DNA of 64,000 nt from an uncultured Elusimicrobia bacterium (GTDB taxonomy: Bacteria > Elusimicrobiota > Endomicrobiia > DTEH01): assembly GCA_964561135.1 (NCBI GenBank), contig CAZLOB010000022.1, positions 5,718 to 69,717 on the forward strand. The letters run 5' to 3'. The notes beneath the pieces were generated by a model that saw only the letters and a list, made by a program, of their open reading frames with translations, made no database searches and was not told the DNA's origin. A program made the position numbers and the translations under genes. Positions 50,862 to 60,817 of this stretch are shown piece after piece (within the stretch, counting starts at the first letter, position 1; each line of letters begins with the position of its first letter).

Positions 50862-51606
50862 AAACTTTTGTAATAATGGAAAGTAAGCGGTAAGAAGTGG
50901 CATTTTTTCTAAAAGAAAAGAAAAGGTCATCATGAAAAGTACAAAAACCAGTGTTAATAATCTGCTGTTTTGAAAAACCGAAATTTAAAAGTTTTTTAAA
51001 AAGTATATCAAATAAAGAAAATTTCTCCCCATCTACATAATAACAATTCCCGCAAATATGAGGGCCTGCTATAAATAGAGTATCTTTTAAAGAAAAAGAA
51101 AGAGTATTTAGTTTCTCAAAAAGACATTCTATTATACCTTTTTGCAATCCTATTCTTCCAATATGAACAAGTCCAAACCAGCTGTTTTCTATATCCACAA
51201 CAAATAAAGGGATACAATCGGCTGTAAAAATAGCAATAATTTCTTTATTATTTTTAGAAATTATGCCATCTGTATGTAGAATTATTTTATAGTCAACCAC
51301 AAAATTTTTGAATTGTAGTTTACCAAAATAACCTTCAAAATCTGACTGATTGGTTTCTATTATTTTATTATCGTGTATTTGCTCGCACATTACCACAACT
51401 TTGTTTAAAAATATACTTGGATATTTAGTAGCAAAAGAGTACAAAGAAAGGGTTTTTTCTTTAGAAATAAAAGGGATAAAAGGAATAGACAAGTTAGCTT
51501 CTTTGGTTTCAGATATTAAATTCTTTGTTGTAGTAAGTAACAAAAAATCTTTTATTTTAAAAGATATATAATCACAATTTTCTTCATAGCTAATCATTTT
51601 CCACAA
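50860..51606 (-). CDS. pgeF: Purine nucleoside phosphorylase/laccase-domain protein PgeF (YfiH/YlmD, DUF152)
   Basis: The motifs are TADCIP and GPHICGNCY(YV). It sits downstream of ftsZ as ylmD does in Bacillus. Confidence 0.75.
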   Translation of the reverse strand: MWKMISYEENCDYISFKIKDFLLLTTTKNLISETKEANLSIPFIPFISKEKTLSLYSFATKYPSIFLNKVVVMCEQIHDNKIIETNQSDFEGYFGKLQFKNFVVDYKIILHTDGIISKNNKEIIAIFTADCIPLFVVDIENSWFGLVHIGRIGLQKGIIECLFEKLNTLSFSLKDTLFIAGPHICGNCYYVDGEKFSLFDILFKKLLNFGFSKQQIINTGFCTFHDDLFFSFRKNATSYRLLSIITKV

Positions 51607-51613
51607 ATTCTTC

Positions 51614-52735
51614 TTAAAAACGTTCTATTATATGAGATGGCCCTCCTCCTGATTCTATACCTTTTATTGCTAACATAAGTTCCTCTGGACTTGAAGCTGC
51701 TTGTAACGCATCTTCTAACGATACTAATCCTTTTTTGAATAATTCTAACAATGCTTGGTTAAATGTTTGCATACCGTAAATTTTTCCTTGTTTCATCAAG
51801 TTTATAATATCACCCAAATTTTTTTCTTCTATACATTTTTTAACAGCTGGAGTAACTACCAAAACTTCTACTGCAGGAATTAACCCTTTTTTATCTTTTC
51901 TTGGTAGCAATCTTTGAGAAATAATACCTTTTAAAGTATCGGCAAGTTGTAAACGTACTTGGTTCTGTTGGTGTGGTGGAAATATATCTATTATTCTATT
52001 TATTGTTTGAACTGCATCAACAGTGTGAACTGTTGAAAGAACAAGATGGCCAAGTTGTGCTGCAGTAAGTGCAGCTTGCATTGTTTCAAGATCTCTCATC
52101 TCTCCAATTAAAATTACATCCGGATTTTGTCTAACAACATGTCTTAATGCTGAAACAAAAGATGTTGTATCATAAGGCACTTCTCTTTGTGATATAATCG
52201 ACTTTTTATCTTTATATACAAACTCTATAGGATCCTCAATCGTTATAATATGTGCAGGACGTGTAGAATTGATATAATCGATCATACATGCAAGTGTTGT
52301 TGATTTTCCTGAGCCTGCAGGCCCTGTAACAAGAATAAACCCACGGACATTCTCTGCAAGTTTATAAACGACTTCCGGCAAATTTAGTTCTTCTCTATTT
52401 GGTATTTGGAAAGGTATACGTCTTATAGCTATATTTATTACACCACGTTGATAAAATATATTCATTCTTAAACGAGCAATATTCTCAAAATTGTATCCTA
52501 TATCACACTCTTTCTCTAATTCAAACCTTTTTTGTTGTTGTGGCGTAGTTATATAAAGAACAAAATTTTCAATATCTTCTTTAGAAAGTATAAATTGTTG
52601 ATCTTCAATTGGCTGTAATATTCCATTTATTCTAACATATGGTACACATTCACTTCTTAAATGTAGATCGCTAGCATTAGTTTCCAAAAATTTTCTTATT
52701 ATATTAAATATTTTTTCAATATTTTTATCACTCAT
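51614..52735 (-). CDS. pilT: Type IV pilus retraction ATPase PilT (twitching motility protein)
   Basis: Walker A is GPAGSGKST. The PilT-type Asp box, Walker B and His box are present with the AIRNLIRE-like region (ALTAAQLGHLVLSTVHT). Length is 373 aa. Confidence 0.85.
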   Translation of the reverse strand: MSDKNIEKIFNIIRKFLETNASDLHLRSECVPYVRINGILQPIEDQQFILSKEDIENFVLYITTPQQQKRFELEKECDIGYNFENIARLRMNIFYQRGVINIAIRRIPFQIPNREELNLPEVVYKLAENVRGFILVTGPAGSGKSTTLACMIDYINSTRPAHIITIEDPIEFVYKDKKSIISQREVPYDTTSFVSALRHVVRQNPDVILIGEMRDLETMQAALTAAQLGHLVLSTVHTVDAVQTINRIIDIFPPHQQNQVRLQLADTLKGIISQRLLPRKDKKGLIPAVEVLVVTPAVKKCIEEKNLGDIINLMKQGKIYGMQTFNQALLELFKKGLVSLEDALQAASSPEELMLAIKGIESGGGPSHIIERF

Positions 52736-52738
52736 AAA

Positions 52739-53851
52739 CTACCTCAACACACGTAATTTACCAGTTCTAAAAAACTTTTGTTGGATTTCTTTTTCTTCTA
52801 AAATAGCATCTTCTTTATCTACAACTATTTCGGTTTTGGTACGTAACGATCTTAATGTTTTTTTAGATTTTGTTTTTTCAACCATTTGGAACCCACTTGC
52901 GATAATCGTAACTTCAACTTTATCTTCAAAATCATTAGAATTTACATATCCTATATAAGTCACGACTTCTTTATCCATATAATGTTGTAAATATTCAAAC
53001 GCATTATAAACATCGTGCCCTGTTATATTTTTCCCACAAATATTTACTAACAAATTTTTTGCACTACGAATATCAAATTCTATAAATGGATTATTCATAG
53101 CATTTTTTATTGCTTTTTTTAAACAGCTTTCAGCACTTGCTTTTTCTACACCATACGACATAATTATCTGGCCTGCATTTTTTAATACATTTCTTGCATC
53201 AGCATAATCAACATTGACATACCCTGGTTGTGTCACAACTTTCCACATACTTAACACCGCTTTGTGTAAAACATCATCTGCTAATCTATATAAAACTTCA
53301 CCAAAACTTAAATTAGGATACATTTCTAAAAATTTATTGTTTGGTATAGTCAATAAAGCATCAACATATTTTTTTAATTCTGTGATTCCTGTAATTGCAT
53401 TATCCATTCTTATTTTTCCTTCGAAGTCGAAAGGTTTTGTTACAACAGCCACTGTTAAAACACCCAATTCTTTAGCCACTCTTGCAATAACAGGTGTTGC
53501 ACCAGTCCCCGTCCCTTTCCCCATACCACAGGTTAAAAACACCATATCTGTATGTGTCAATAAGTCACGAATTATATCTATTGATTCTTCCGCAGCCTGT
53601 TTCCCAACAAGCGGATCTCCTCCAGACCCTTGTCCTTTTGTAGTTTTTGGACCTATATGTATAACAATTGGCGCTTTTGACTCTTTTAAAGCTTGCAGAT
53701 CTGTGTTGATAGCGATCATTTCTACAGAAGGATCAATAAGACCAGCAGTAGCGATTCTATTTATAGCGTTCCCTCCTGCACCACCAATCCCCATTATTTT
53801 TATTCTTACAGGATATTTTTTTGTAACAATATTGTCATCCATAGAAATCAC
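52739..53851 (-). CDS. ftsZ: Cell division protein FtsZ
   Basis: The tubulin signature GGGTGTG and GIGGAGGNA are present. Length is 370 aa. Confidence 0.9.
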   Translation of the reverse strand: MISMDDNIVTKKYPVRIKIMGIGGAGGNAINRIATAGLIDPSVEMIAINTDLQALKESKAPIVIHIGPKTTKGQGSGGDPLVGKQAAEESIDIIRDLLTHTDMVFLTCGMGKGTGTGATPVIARVAKELGVLTVAVVTKPFDFEGKIRMDNAITGITELKKYVDALLTIPNNKFLEMYPNLSFGEVLYRLADDVLHKAVLSMWKVVTQPGYVNVDYADARNVLKNAGQIIMSYGVEKASAESCLKKAIKNAMNNPFIEFDIRSAKNLLVNICGKNITGHDVYNAFEYLQHYMDKEVVTYIGYVNSNDFEDKVEVTIIASGFQMVEKTKSKKTLRSLRTKTEIVVDKEDAILEEKEIQQKFFRTGKLRVLR

Positions 53852-55143
53852 TCCCCAAAAAAACTCCAGATTTTACGAAAGAAACCTTTTATCCCTTTTG
53901 ACTGTTTTTTCCCTTTAAAAGGTTTTTTTTGACTTTCTATTTCGTATTTTATCAAACTTATTGAAGTAGTATAAGAAAAATTAGAAATAATATCTTCATC
54001 TCCCACAATAGAACTCTCCATACCTACATTTCCTGCACGAACATCAATACTTTCTTCAAGATCACTATATTCACTTTTTAACAACTCACGTAACGCGTCA
54101 GTAATACCCACCAAATTTCCCCCACCACCTGCTAAAACAACATCTCCATACTGTAGTGCTAACTCAACATAATGAATTTTTTTCAACTCGGGGATAACAA
54201 TGTCTAAAAAAATCTTTTCAATAACTTCAGCAATAATTTTTGCTATTTCTTTTTTTGTTGTAGTTCTAATATTTTTACCATCTCTGGATGGTATCTCAAC
54301 TTGTTCATCTTTTTTCACTGATGACGGTTGTGCAACACCATAACGACGTTTTATATTCTCTGCTACATTCCAAGATGTTTTATAATAAGCTGCAATTTCT
54401 CTCGTTATAAGGTCCGCTCCTAAATCAATATCTTTACTTTGAAACTCTCTACAATATCTTATGCATCCACCTAAATATACCACAGTCCCTATTGATTGTC
54501 CACCAAAATCTATTACTAAACAACCTAAATTACGTTCTTCAGCTTCCGTAACCAACTGTGCTAAAGAAATTAAACCATAATGTAAATTATCAATTACATA
54601 ACCAGCTTCCGTAAAAGTTCGTTCTATGTTCCTTATAAAACTTGAATATCCAACAATTGCATAAGCTTTTACTTCTAGAATACTTCCTTCCATATTAACA
54701 GGATTTGAAATTCCAGGTTGACCATCGATAATATACTCTTGAGGTATAATATTCATTATTAAACGATCATTCGAAATTCTTAAATTTTTTACTGCATGTT
54801 CAATAACTTTTTCTTGATCTTCAAAAGTAATTGTTCGATCAGTTGAGGTAATAGGAATTTGTGCTGAAGTTTCATAAGTACTTACAAACGGCCCTCTCAC
54901 ACCAACAATAAGTTTTGTCCTTTCAACTTTTGCCATATCTTCTAATGATGAAATCAACTCGTTTATAAGAGCAGCACTTCTCTCAATATCTTTAATTACA
55001 CCTGCAGAAATTGCTTCTTTATCGACTAACTGTTTACCTGCAATAATTTCTATAATTTCTTGTTCAGGATCGTACTTTCCTAAAACACCTGTAACACAAC
55101 CTGAACCTATATCAACCCCACAATAAATTTCTTCTTTTGGCAT
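53848..55143 (-). CDS. ftsA: Cell division protein FtsA
   Basis: It is actin-like, with the phosphate-1 motif GVDIGS, VIDFGGQS and the adenosine motif LAGGGG. It overlaps the ftsZ start. Confidence 0.85.
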   Translation of the reverse strand: MPKEEIYCGVDIGSGCVTGVLGKYDPEQEIIEIIAGKQLVDKEAISAGVIKDIERSAALINELISSLEDMAKVERTKLIVGVRGPFVSTYETSAQIPITSTDRTITFEDQEKVIEHAVKNLRISNDRLIMNIIPQEYIIDGQPGISNPVNMEGSILEVKAYAIVGYSSFIRNIERTFTEAGYVIDNLHYGLISLAQLVTEAEERNLGCLVIDFGGQSIGTVVYLGGCIRYCREFQSKDIDLGADLITREIAAYYKTSWNVAENIKRRYGVAQPSSVKKDEQVEIPSRDGKNIRTTTKKEIAKIIAEVIEKIFLDIVIPELKKIHYVELALQYGDVVLAGGGGNLVGITDALRELLKSEYSDLEESIDVRAGNVGMESSIVGDEDIISNFSYTTSISLIKYEIESQKKPFKGKKQSKGIKGFFRKIWSFFGE

Positions 55144-55199
55144 TTTTATTCTCCAAAAAAGAAATTATTTAAAATTTTTAAATATAAAATTATTAAGTT

Positions 55200-55970
55200 T
55201 TATTCAATATATGCCTTTCCATAGGATAATAACTGTGTATAAATTCTTGTGTTTTTATCAAATTTATATTTTATCAATTTAGATAGCATCTCTTTTTTTA
55301 CATTCTCAAATTTTTTGTCAACAATAAAATAAAGAATACAATTATCTTCCTCTCCACGGACACAAACAACATATTTATTGTTTTCTTTTCTAATTTTTTC
55401 AACTTTATCCCAAACATTAGCTTCACTAAATTTTTGATAGATAATCTTTAATGTTGGAATATCCACTTCGCCTTCTATATATGGCAGTTTAGCTAAATTA
55501 ATTTTTCTAGCATCATAAACTTTATACCATTTTATATCACTGGACAGAAACAAAATTCCATCATCAATTCCCTTTTTGTAACCTATTGGAGAAAAAGTAT
55601 GAATTTTAATTTTTAAAGGTTTTGTTGGAAAAAACATAATTTTTATCTCTTTAATTTCAGGAAAAACTTTTTGTAGTTTAAGAATATTTTTTTTATAATT
55701 AAAAACATCAAGATGTTCCGCATTTAGTTGTTTATAAATAATTTCGTCTGGTACTGTTGATTTGTTCTCGCATAAGTATACTTTTTGTATTTTAAAAACT
55801 TCATACTTAAAAACTTCATACAAAGATTTAACTTTACTTATTTTATAAACAACAAAAATCAAAATTGTTAAACAAGCTGTAGCCAATAAAAATCTGAAAA
55901 CAATTTTAAATTTTTTCTTTTTCTTATTTTTTTTCTTTACCAAAATGTTGAATGAATAATATCTACTCAT
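55200..55970 (-). CDS. ftsQ: FtsQ/DivIB-like cell division protein (single TM + POTRA-like)
   Basis: A K-rich cytoplasmic N-terminus, one TM helix and a periplasmic domain fit FtsQ. The position between ddl and ftsA is the canonical FtsQ position. Confidence 0.5.
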   Translation of the reverse strand: MSRYYSFNILVKKKNKKKKKFKIVFRFLLATACLTILIFVVYKISKVKSLYEVFKYEVFKIQKVYLCENKSTVPDEIIYKQLNAEHLDVFNYKKNILKLQKVFPEIKEIKIMFFPTKPLKIKIHTFSPIGYKKGIDDGILFLSSDIKWYKVYDARKINLAKLPYIEGEVDIPTLKIIYQKFSEANVWDKVEKIRKENNKYVVCVRGEEDNCILYFIVDKKFENVKKEMLSKLIKYKFDKNTRIYTQLLSYGKAYIE

Positions 55971-56925
55971 ATTTTTTAAATGACACGAAGACTATTTTTC
56001 TTACAAGCTCAGCAAAAGATATACCTTGATACTTAGCAGCTTCAGGCAATAAAGATGTCTCAGTCATACCAGGGACAGTGTTTACTTCTAACACATATGG
56101 TATTTTTTTTCTTTCATCAAAAATAGTATCTACTCTGCACAAAATTTCACACCCTATTAATTTTGCAGTTTTCAAAGCAATATTTTTAATTTTTTCATAT
56201 GAAATTTTATCAATTCTTGGTGGTATTAAATGTTGTGATCCCCCAGGCTGATATTTTGATTTATAGTCATAAAATCTGTTTAACTTTGGGATGATTTCTA
56301 TCAAAGGTAAAACTTCACCATCTAAAATAGGGACAGTTATTTCTTTTCCATTTATAAATTTTTCTATAATAATAACATTATCATACTTTAACGCATTTTT
56401 TACTGCAGGAATTAAATTTTTGTAATTATTCACGATAGAAGTGCCAATAGTTGAACCCTCACGTGCAGGTTTCACTACTAATGGAAAACCAAAATTTTTT
56501 TCTTTAACGAAATAAAAATTTTTTTCATCAATATCTTTTTTAATTTTAGAAAAGTTTAATACTTTAAAATCAGGTGTGGGTATTCCGTTATCTTTTAATA
56601 AAAGTTTTGTAAGATATTTATTCATTCCTATCATTGACGCTTCAACACCACAACCAGTATATTTAAGCCCTATATTCTCAAGTAACATTTGCAATTTACC
56701 ATCTTCACCAAATTTTCCATGTAATGCTATAAAAATAATATCGACTTTTTTCTTTTTTAATTTAAGTAATTGATTTACACAATGTTCTTTTTTAATATCA
56801 ATTAAAGAAACTTTAAAATCCTGCCATTTAGATAAGTTGTTAAACACAGCTTTACCAGTTTTCAAACTTATTTCTCGTTCAGAAGAGAAGCCACCACACA
56901 GTACCGCTATTTTGATCTTCCTCAT
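55963..56925 (-). CDS. ddl: D-alanine--D-alanine ligase
   Basis: This is an ATP-grasp enzyme with the Ddl N-terminus (IAVLCGGFSSEREISL, ALHGKFGEDG) and a C-terminal CRVDTIFDERKKIPYVLEVNTVPGMT. Confidence 0.85.
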   Translation of the reverse strand: MRKIKIAVLCGGFSSEREISLKTGKAVFNNLSKWQDFKVSLIDIKKEHCVNQLLKLKKKKVDIIFIALHGKFGEDGKLQMLLENIGLKYTGCGVEASMIGMNKYLTKLLLKDNGIPTPDFKVLNFSKIKKDIDEKNFYFVKEKNFGFPLVVKPAREGSTIGTSIVNNYKNLIPAVKNALKYDNVIIIEKFINGKEITVPILDGEVLPLIEIIPKLNRFYDYKSKYQPGGSQHLIPPRIDKISYEKIKNIALKTAKLIGCEILCRVDTIFDERKKIPYVLEVNTVPGMTETSLLPEAAKYQGISFAELVRKIVFVSFKKYE

Positions 56926-57854
56926 TATAACTCTACCCCAACAAAAGTTATTTCAGGCTGAAGTTCAATTTTATATTTTTCTTTCACAACTTTGATAATA
57001 TGCCGGATAAGATTTACAAAATCTTCACAAGTAGCATTATTTTTGTTTATAATAAAATTTGCATGTTTTTCTGAAACACAAGCCCCACCAATTGAAAAAC
57101 CTTTTAGTCCAGCAGATTCTATTAACTTTGCAGCAGTAAGTTCTGTTTCATATGGATTTTTAAAGATACAGCCAGCGTTAAAAGTACCTAAAGGTTGTGT
57201 CTGTATACGTTGAAGTAAAGCTTCGTTAAGCCGTTTTTTAATTAATTCTTTATCTTCTTTTTTAAGGCGAAAATGAGCAGATACAACTACATACTTGTTT
57301 TGTAACCCACTATTTCTGTATCCAAAATCTATCTGTTCTTTATACAATTTTATTATTCCTTGTTCAGGATCATCAATTTTAACAACTTCAATATATTCTA
57401 AACAATCAGATATTGTAGCTGTTTTTGTTCCAGCATTCATTATTATAGCGCCACCAACACTACCCGGTATTCCAAAAAGTTCTTCTAATCCAGATAAAGA
57501 ATGTTCTACAGTTGTATTTATCAATGAAGGTAACATCGTGGCTGAATATGCAATAACTTTTTCTTCTTCTATATTTACTGTAGAAAAATCTTTCTTTAGT
57601 TTAATTACAACACCATCAAAACCTTTGTCAGAAACTAACAAGTTTGACCCTGCACCAATGACAAAAATTTTTTCGTTATAAAATTTTATTATGGATAAAA
57701 CATCAATAAGTTGCGATATATTTTCTACATAGACAAAATATTTCGCAGGACCACCTATGTTTAATGTTGTGTGTTTATTTAACTTTTCATTAAGAACTAC
57801 ATTAATATTATGTTTTTTAAATGTTGTTATTATCTTATCTCCCATAATATTCAA
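56925..57854 (-). CDS. murB: UDP-N-acetylenolpyruvoylglucosamine reductase
   Basis: The FAD-binding PCMH domain (TTLNIGGPA, GAGSNLL) precedes a MurB C-terminal domain. Confidence 0.8.
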   Translation of the reverse strand: MNIMGDKIITTFKKHNINVVLNEKLNKHTTLNIGGPAKYFVYVENISQLIDVLSIIKFYNEKIFVIGAGSNLLVSDKGFDGVVIKLKKDFSTVNIEEEKVIAYSATMLPSLINTTVEHSLSGLEELFGIPGSVGGAIIMNAGTKTATISDCLEYIEVVKIDDPEQGIIKLYKEQIDFGYRNSGLQNKYVVVSAHFRLKKEDKELIKKRLNEALLQRIQTQPLGTFNAGCIFKNPYETELTAAKLIESAGLKGFSIGGACVSEKHANFIINKNNATCEDFVNLIRHIIKVVKEKYKIELQPEITFVGVEL

Positions 57855-59223
57855 TTAATTTATCTGCAATTTTGTATACATCACCTGCACCTAAAGTTAA
57901 AACAACGCTATCTTCAGCTAAATTTTTTAGATAGTTTACCAATCTGTCAAAATTATACATTTCAACATTATAACCATTTTTTACAAACTCGTCATATACT
58001 AATTTTATATTCACTCCTTCTATTGGTTTTTCATTAGCAGGATATATTTGTACAAGGAAAACTTTATCTTTATGTGAAAAAGCTTTCGGAAATTCTTTAT
58101 AAAGAAGTTGTGTACGTGTGTATCTATGTGGTTGGAAAACAACAACTATTTTTTTATTATTTGTTTTTATTCTTAATGTTTGAAGAGTATAATAAATTTC
58201 GGTTGGATGATGACCATAATCATCATAAACATCAATTACCTTATCATCAATAGCTATTTGCCCTTTAAATTCAATTCTACGTTTTATACCATCAAAACTT
58301 TCCAAAGCAGATTTTATATCTGAAAAATTAAACCCGCAAACAATACCTAAAGAAATTGTTGCTAACGCGTTCAATACGTTATGAATACCAGTCGTATTTA
58401 ACAATACTTTCCCTACCAATTTGTCATTTTTATATACTACAAACCTTGAAAAATTTGGTTTTAACTCAATATTTTTTGCAACAAAGTCATTGTTTCCATT
58501 TTTTATTCCATAAGTGTAATATTTTCTTTTAATTTTAGGTAATAACGAACAAATTCTTTTATCATCTCCATAAAGAATACTAAAGCCATAAAACGGAACA
58601 GAATTGAAATGTTGTAAAAACGCTTGTTTTAGATTATTCATAGATCCATAGTTGTCTAAATGGTCATTATCTATATTTGTGCAAACAACAATATAAGGTG
58701 ACAGATGTAAAAAAGAGCCATCACTTTCATCCGCTTCAACAACAATAAATTTACCCTTTCCAATTTTTGCTGACGAACCAATGTTTTTTAATATCCCACC
58801 GACAACTATTGTGGGATCATATCCACATTGTTGTAGTAGTAATCCTATCATTGAAGTTGTTGTTGTTTTTCCATGTGTACCACAAATACTTATTGTATAT
58901 TTCATTCTTGCAATTTCTACTAACATTTCAATACGAGGAATCACAGGAATGTTTCTTTTCTTTGCAGCAACTATTTCAGGATTATTCTCTTTTATTGCCG
59001 TGGAATAAACAACAACATCTACATCATTAACATTAGTAGCTTTATGGCCAATAAAAACTTTTGCACCTAATTTTTTTAATCTCTCTATCACGACAGAATT
59101 TTTTATATCAGACCCTGAAACTTGATATCCCAAATTAAGCAAAACTTCTGCGATACTGCTCATCCCACTGCCACCAATACCAATAAGATGTACTTTTTTT
59201 ACTTTATTAAATATTTCCTCCAT
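57835..59223 (-). CDS. murC: UDP-N-acetylmuramate--L-alanine ligase
   Basis: The Mur ligase N-terminal nucleotide-binding motif is GIGGSGMSSIAE, and the P-loop is GTHGKTTT. Confidence 0.85.
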   Translation of the reverse strand: MEEIFNKVKKVHLIGIGGSGMSSIAEVLLNLGYQVSGSDIKNSVVIERLKKLGAKVFIGHKATNVNDVDVVVYSTAIKENNPEIVAAKKRNIPVIPRIEMLVEIARMKYTISICGTHGKTTTTSMIGLLLQQCGYDPTIVVGGILKNIGSSAKIGKGKFIVVEADESDGSFLHLSPYIVVCTNIDNDHLDNYGSMNNLKQAFLQHFNSVPFYGFSILYGDDKRICSLLPKIKRKYYTYGIKNGNNDFVAKNIELKPNFSRFVVYKNDKLVGKVLLNTTGIHNVLNALATISLGIVCGFNFSDIKSALESFDGIKRRIEFKGQIAIDDKVIDVYDDYGHHPTEIYYTLQTLRIKTNNKKIVVVFQPHRYTRTQLLYKEFPKAFSHKDKVFLVQIYPANEKPIEGVNIKLVYDEFVKNGYNVEMYNFDRLVNYLKNLAEDSVVLTLGAGDVYKIADKLIEYYGR

Positions 59224-59225
59224 TT

Positions 59226-59624
59226 TTATTTTGACTCTCTTTTAACTATAGTTTTAATACCACCACGAAGGTTAAACTCAAGTTCTACATACAACCATTT
59301 TGGTTTTAACAATTTATTTAAATCTTCAAAAATTTGGTTCACTGCGGACTCGTGTACAATATGTACATTGCGATAACTTTGAATGTAATACTTTAGAGAC
59401 TTTAACTCAACACATACTTTATTTGGTACATATTTTATTCTAAGTGTTGCAAAATCGGGAAGGTTATTCCATGGACATAAACATGTAAATTCTTGCGTTT
59501 CAATTTCTATTGTTATATCTTTCCCTTTATATTCGTATTCTAGTGGTATTAACAACTCTGGCGAAATTTTATCAAATTTCACTGACAAATTCTTTATTCT
59601 ATCATATAATTCTACTTTTTTCAT
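59226..59624 (-). CDS. queF: NADPH-dependent 7-cyano-7-deazaguanine (preQ0) reductase, unimodular type
   Basis: The catalytic Cys context ([16 protein letters not shown]) and the QueF motif E(L)KSLK are present. Length is 132 aa. Confidence 0.85.
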   Translation of the reverse strand: MKKVELYDRIKNLSVKFDKISPELLIPLEYEYKGKDITIEIETQEFTCLCPWNNLPDFATLRIKYVPNKVCVELKSLKYYIQSYRNVHIVHESAVNQIFEDLNKLLKPKWLYVELEFNLRGGIKTIVKRESK

Positions 59625-60817
59625 TAATTAAAAATTTCTGTTACAATAAATTTTAAATATTCTGTTTCATCTTTCATCGGAAAATATATAGGATGATCTT
59701 CTGATTGTGTCCCATAATATATTATAAAACCTTTTTGTTCGTTTTTCAACATAGAAGATAAAATCAACTCTTCTATATCTTCCAACGAAATGTGTCTACT
59801 GCACACAGAAAAAGCTAAAAGTCCGTTGTTTGTTAACAATTTCATAATCTGTGATAAGACAAATTTATATTTCTTTTTTGCAGGATTAACATCTTTATCA
59901 GATTTTGCATATGATGGTGGATCAAAAATTATTAAATCAAACTTTGTTTTATTCTCTTGGATGAAATCTTCAATTTTTGCGCAAACAAACTCAACTTTGA
60001 CTTTATTTATTTTAGCATTTTCTTTTGCAAGTTCTATCGCATATGAAGACGAATCTACACCAATAACATTCTTGCAACCTGATAAAGCACAAATTACACC
60101 AAATGAACCTGTATAACAGCATAAATCAAGAACATTTTTATCATTAGCGATACAAGATATATATTTTCTGTTTTCAAATTGATCATAATAAAAACCTGTT
60201 TTTTGCCCATTTAAAACATCAACAACAAATTTTGCATTCAAATGTTCAATAACAGTTATTAATTCATTAGTAATTTTATTTTTTGAATAAACAACTTCTT
60301 TATATTTTGGTGCGACTTCAAGTTCTCGTTGGTAAATATCGTTGTTTACAACAATAAATTTTGGATTAAAAATATCTATTAAACAACTAAAAATTTCGTT
60401 TTTAAACAACTCCATTGCATAAGAAAAAAACTGTATAACAAAAATATCTCCGTATCTATCTATTACTACACCCGGTAAAAAATCACTCTCTCCATAAACA
60501 ATTCTACAGTACTTTATATTTATTCCATACTTCTTTCTTCTTTCTATTGCATTCTTTATTCTTTTATAAAAAAAATCTTTATTGATTTTTTCCTCTCTTC
60601 TTTGTGAAAGAATACGAATAGAAATTAAAGAATGTGGATTATATACACCTTTACACAAAAAATTATCTTTGTGATCATATACTTCGACAAAAGAAATTTG
60701 TTTTGTTAAGTTTTTATGTTCAATTTCATTAGAAAAAATCCATAAGTATCCATTTTTAACTCTGTTTTTAAATTGTTTTGAAACTTTAATTTTTATAGGT
60801 TCAACATAATTATTCAT
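59624..60817 (-). CDS. Class I SAM-dependent rRNA (cytosine-C5) methyltransferase, RlmI/RlmK-like (PUA + MTase, COG1092)
   Basis: An N-terminal PUA-like domain precedes a Rossmann MTase with SAM motif [11 protein letters not shown] and motif IV DPPSY. Length is 397 aa. Confidence 0.65.
   Translation of the reverse strand: MNNYVEPIKIKVSKQFKNRVKNGYLWIFSNEIEHKNLTKQISFVEVYDHKDNFLCKGVYNPHSLISIRILSQRREEKINKDFFYKRIKNAIERRKKYGINIKYCRIVYGESDFLPGVVIDRYGDIFVIQFFSYAMELFKNEIFSCLIDIFNPKFIVVNNDIYQRELEVAPKYKEVVYSKNKITNELITVIEHLNAKFVVDVLNGQKTGFYYDQFENRKYISCIANDKNVLDLCCYTGSFGVICALSGCKNVIGVDSSSYAIELAKENAKINKVKVEFVCAKIEDFIQENKTKFDLIIFDPPSYAKSDKDVNPAKKKYKFVLSQIMKLLTNNGLLAFSVCSRHISLEDIEELILSSMLKNEQKGFIIYYGTQSEDHPIYFPMKDETEYLKFIVTEIFN

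Noticed and set aside
53214-53932. Plus-strand ORFs (234 aa and 79 aa) opposite ftsZ/ftsA
   Set aside because: These are antisense to the highly conserved ftsZ (GGGTGTG region). The translations are compositionally odd, so they are spurious.
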